A stretch of 64,000 bases of DNA from Geosiphon pyriformis uo1 (taxonomy: Eukaryota > Fungi > Glomeromycota), in assembly GCA_016748015.1 (NCBI GenBank), contig JAAOMT010000379.1, positions 234,042 through 298,041 on the forward strand, in the 5' to 3' direction. The notes beneath the pieces were generated by a model. The model was not told where the DNA came from. It did not search any database and saw only the letters and a program-made list of their open reading frames with translations. Shown piece by piece: positions 62,354 to 64,000 of the stretch (the stretch's first letter is position 1; the number at the start of each line of letters is the position of its first letter). Position numbers and translations under genes: made by a program.

Positions 62354-64000
62354 TATAGGATTTCAAACAGGTTTGTTCTAAAAATTTTCTTTGATGGCAA
62401 CATTTTTCATACAAATTTTCATCGAAAAACTTTTCAATTGAAATTAGAGCTTTCAAGCAAACCTAAAAAATGTTCACAAAATTTAATGAGAAACACTGAA
62501 TGAGCACTTTAAATTCATTATGATATTAAGAACATTTTCAATTTTATTCAAGCCCAATTCTCGGCAACCTTTTAAAAATCTCTTCTGATAAAATCAAAAA
62601 GTTTTTTTATCTATGCTCAAGAAAATTTTTCATGATTAATAAGCGCCATCTATATTTTGAATATTTTAAAGCTTCTCAAGCGTTAAAATTTTAATTTTAG
62701 CTTGCACTTTGTACTTTTAAAAAATAGGCAATATGAGCTCTTGTATTCAGTATATATCAACAACAAAAAAAGAATGAATTTTTTGAAAATTTCACTCCAC
62801 CAAGCTTAAATCAAACTTTTTAAATAGTATAGGGTTTAATTGAGTTAAAACTTGCTAATAAAACTTTAAGCAGAAAGAACTAATTGAAATAAATTGCTAT
62901 TTGTGATTTTTAAATATGTTTATTAAAATTCTCAAAATATTAAATCATGTAACCTTTCTTTTCATCGCATTCAGTCACTTCATTATCACCGTCTATTAAA
63001 AATAAACCACTCAATTTTACTCACTTTTTATATTTTCATCAAAAAATGTTGGGTTGGTATAAAAAGAGTATCTTTTGGGGATTAACTGTTGTGAGAAGAT
63101 TATTTTAGAAGTAGTTCTGCTTTTAAACGAGGATACTCATAAAGTAATGCACAAAGAAAAAAATATTGAAATACAAATAAAAGCCTAAAATGCATTTACT
63201 AATTTAATTTTATAAATCCTATTTGATAACTTTTTATTGACCATTTTTAAGTCTTTGCTTTTATGTTTTCCAGATGTATCTTAACTTTACAAGAATTTTC
63301 AGGTTAAATTAAATGCTTTTTTCTCTATATTTTCATAAAATTGTTAACATTAGTCTTTTTAATTCAAAGATTAGTTTTTAAATAATCTCTGCTATTCGAT
63401 TAAATCATCAAGCAAACTTTACGTTATTCAGAAATATTTATTTCCTCAGTAAAACCAGAATTTTTCTTACTTCTTGAAGTCTTAAAAAATGGTAATTTAG
63501 ACTTTTAATAAATTAATAATTTCACTTATTTTTAAAATATTGTTCTTTGGCAAAAGGTTTTTTGCTTTGAGTGTGCTGTACCTCTTTTTAAGTTGTGAGA
63601 TAATATATTATGGACAGGGTCTCAAACTTTCAAACTGGATTTTAGAATTCTAGGGATAGTCGTCTACGAATAATTAGTTTTTAAGAACTTAAGTAAGTCT
63701 TCCAAAAATAATTCTCAGGAATTTATGTATATAAGGTTTTTCTTTTCTGAGAAAATCTAAATAAATCTATTATTAAATTAAAATTTCGTAAAACTAGGAC
63801 ATTTCGTGGCAAATCAAGCTTCAGCTTGCATTCTTTTTCAACAAACAAACTCTTTTATCTGTCTGGTTAAGGAACGTTCATAGAAAAATAAATCTGGTAA
63901 GCTAAAGCCATGGATATAATACCATACCAATTTAACATATACTTCCAAAATTTTCGCTCCTTAACATTATTCAGGGAGTAGGATTTTTTTCTTTGAAACT

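Overview
Very AT-rich eukaryotic nuclear DNA with short GT-AG introns. The gene families (F-box/RNI-like, BTB-BACK-TLDc, MATH-BTB, tyrosine-kinase-like kinase, Sel1) point to a Glomeromycotina-type (arbuscular mycorrhizal or related Mucoromycota) fungus; this is inference and the species cannot be fixed. About 12 intact or probable genes: a secreted Asn/Gly 13-aa tandem-repeat protein, a peroxisomal D-amino-acid oxidase, a small possible Ubl-fold protein, two F-box/LRR proteins, a TKL kinase-ankyrin fusion, a polyQ LITAF-domain protein, BTB-TLDc, an Lsb5/Tom1-like VHS-GAT adaptor, a possible HTH protein, MATH-BTB, a CsgA-like SDR and a Sel1-repeat protein. There are also two F-box pseudogenes and decayed transposons. 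Three observations stand out. (1) A 4.2-kb element (18608-22813) bounded by 27-bp terminal inverted repeats, absent from the ORF track. Its cargo is a decayed, intronless bacterial operon of two Lon-like AAA+ membrane proteins with in-frame TGA at Trp-like positions, a Shine-Dalgarno site and an overlapping stop/start. It looks like Mollicutes/Mycoplasma-related endobacterial DNA packaged as a TIR unit in the host chromosome. (2) The secreted 18 x 13-aa GSYNGNLNGN repeat protein, a candidate beta-solenoid or functional amyloid. (3) A Ty3/Gypsy pol relic erased by near-saturating C>T/G>A mutation in non-CpG contexts.
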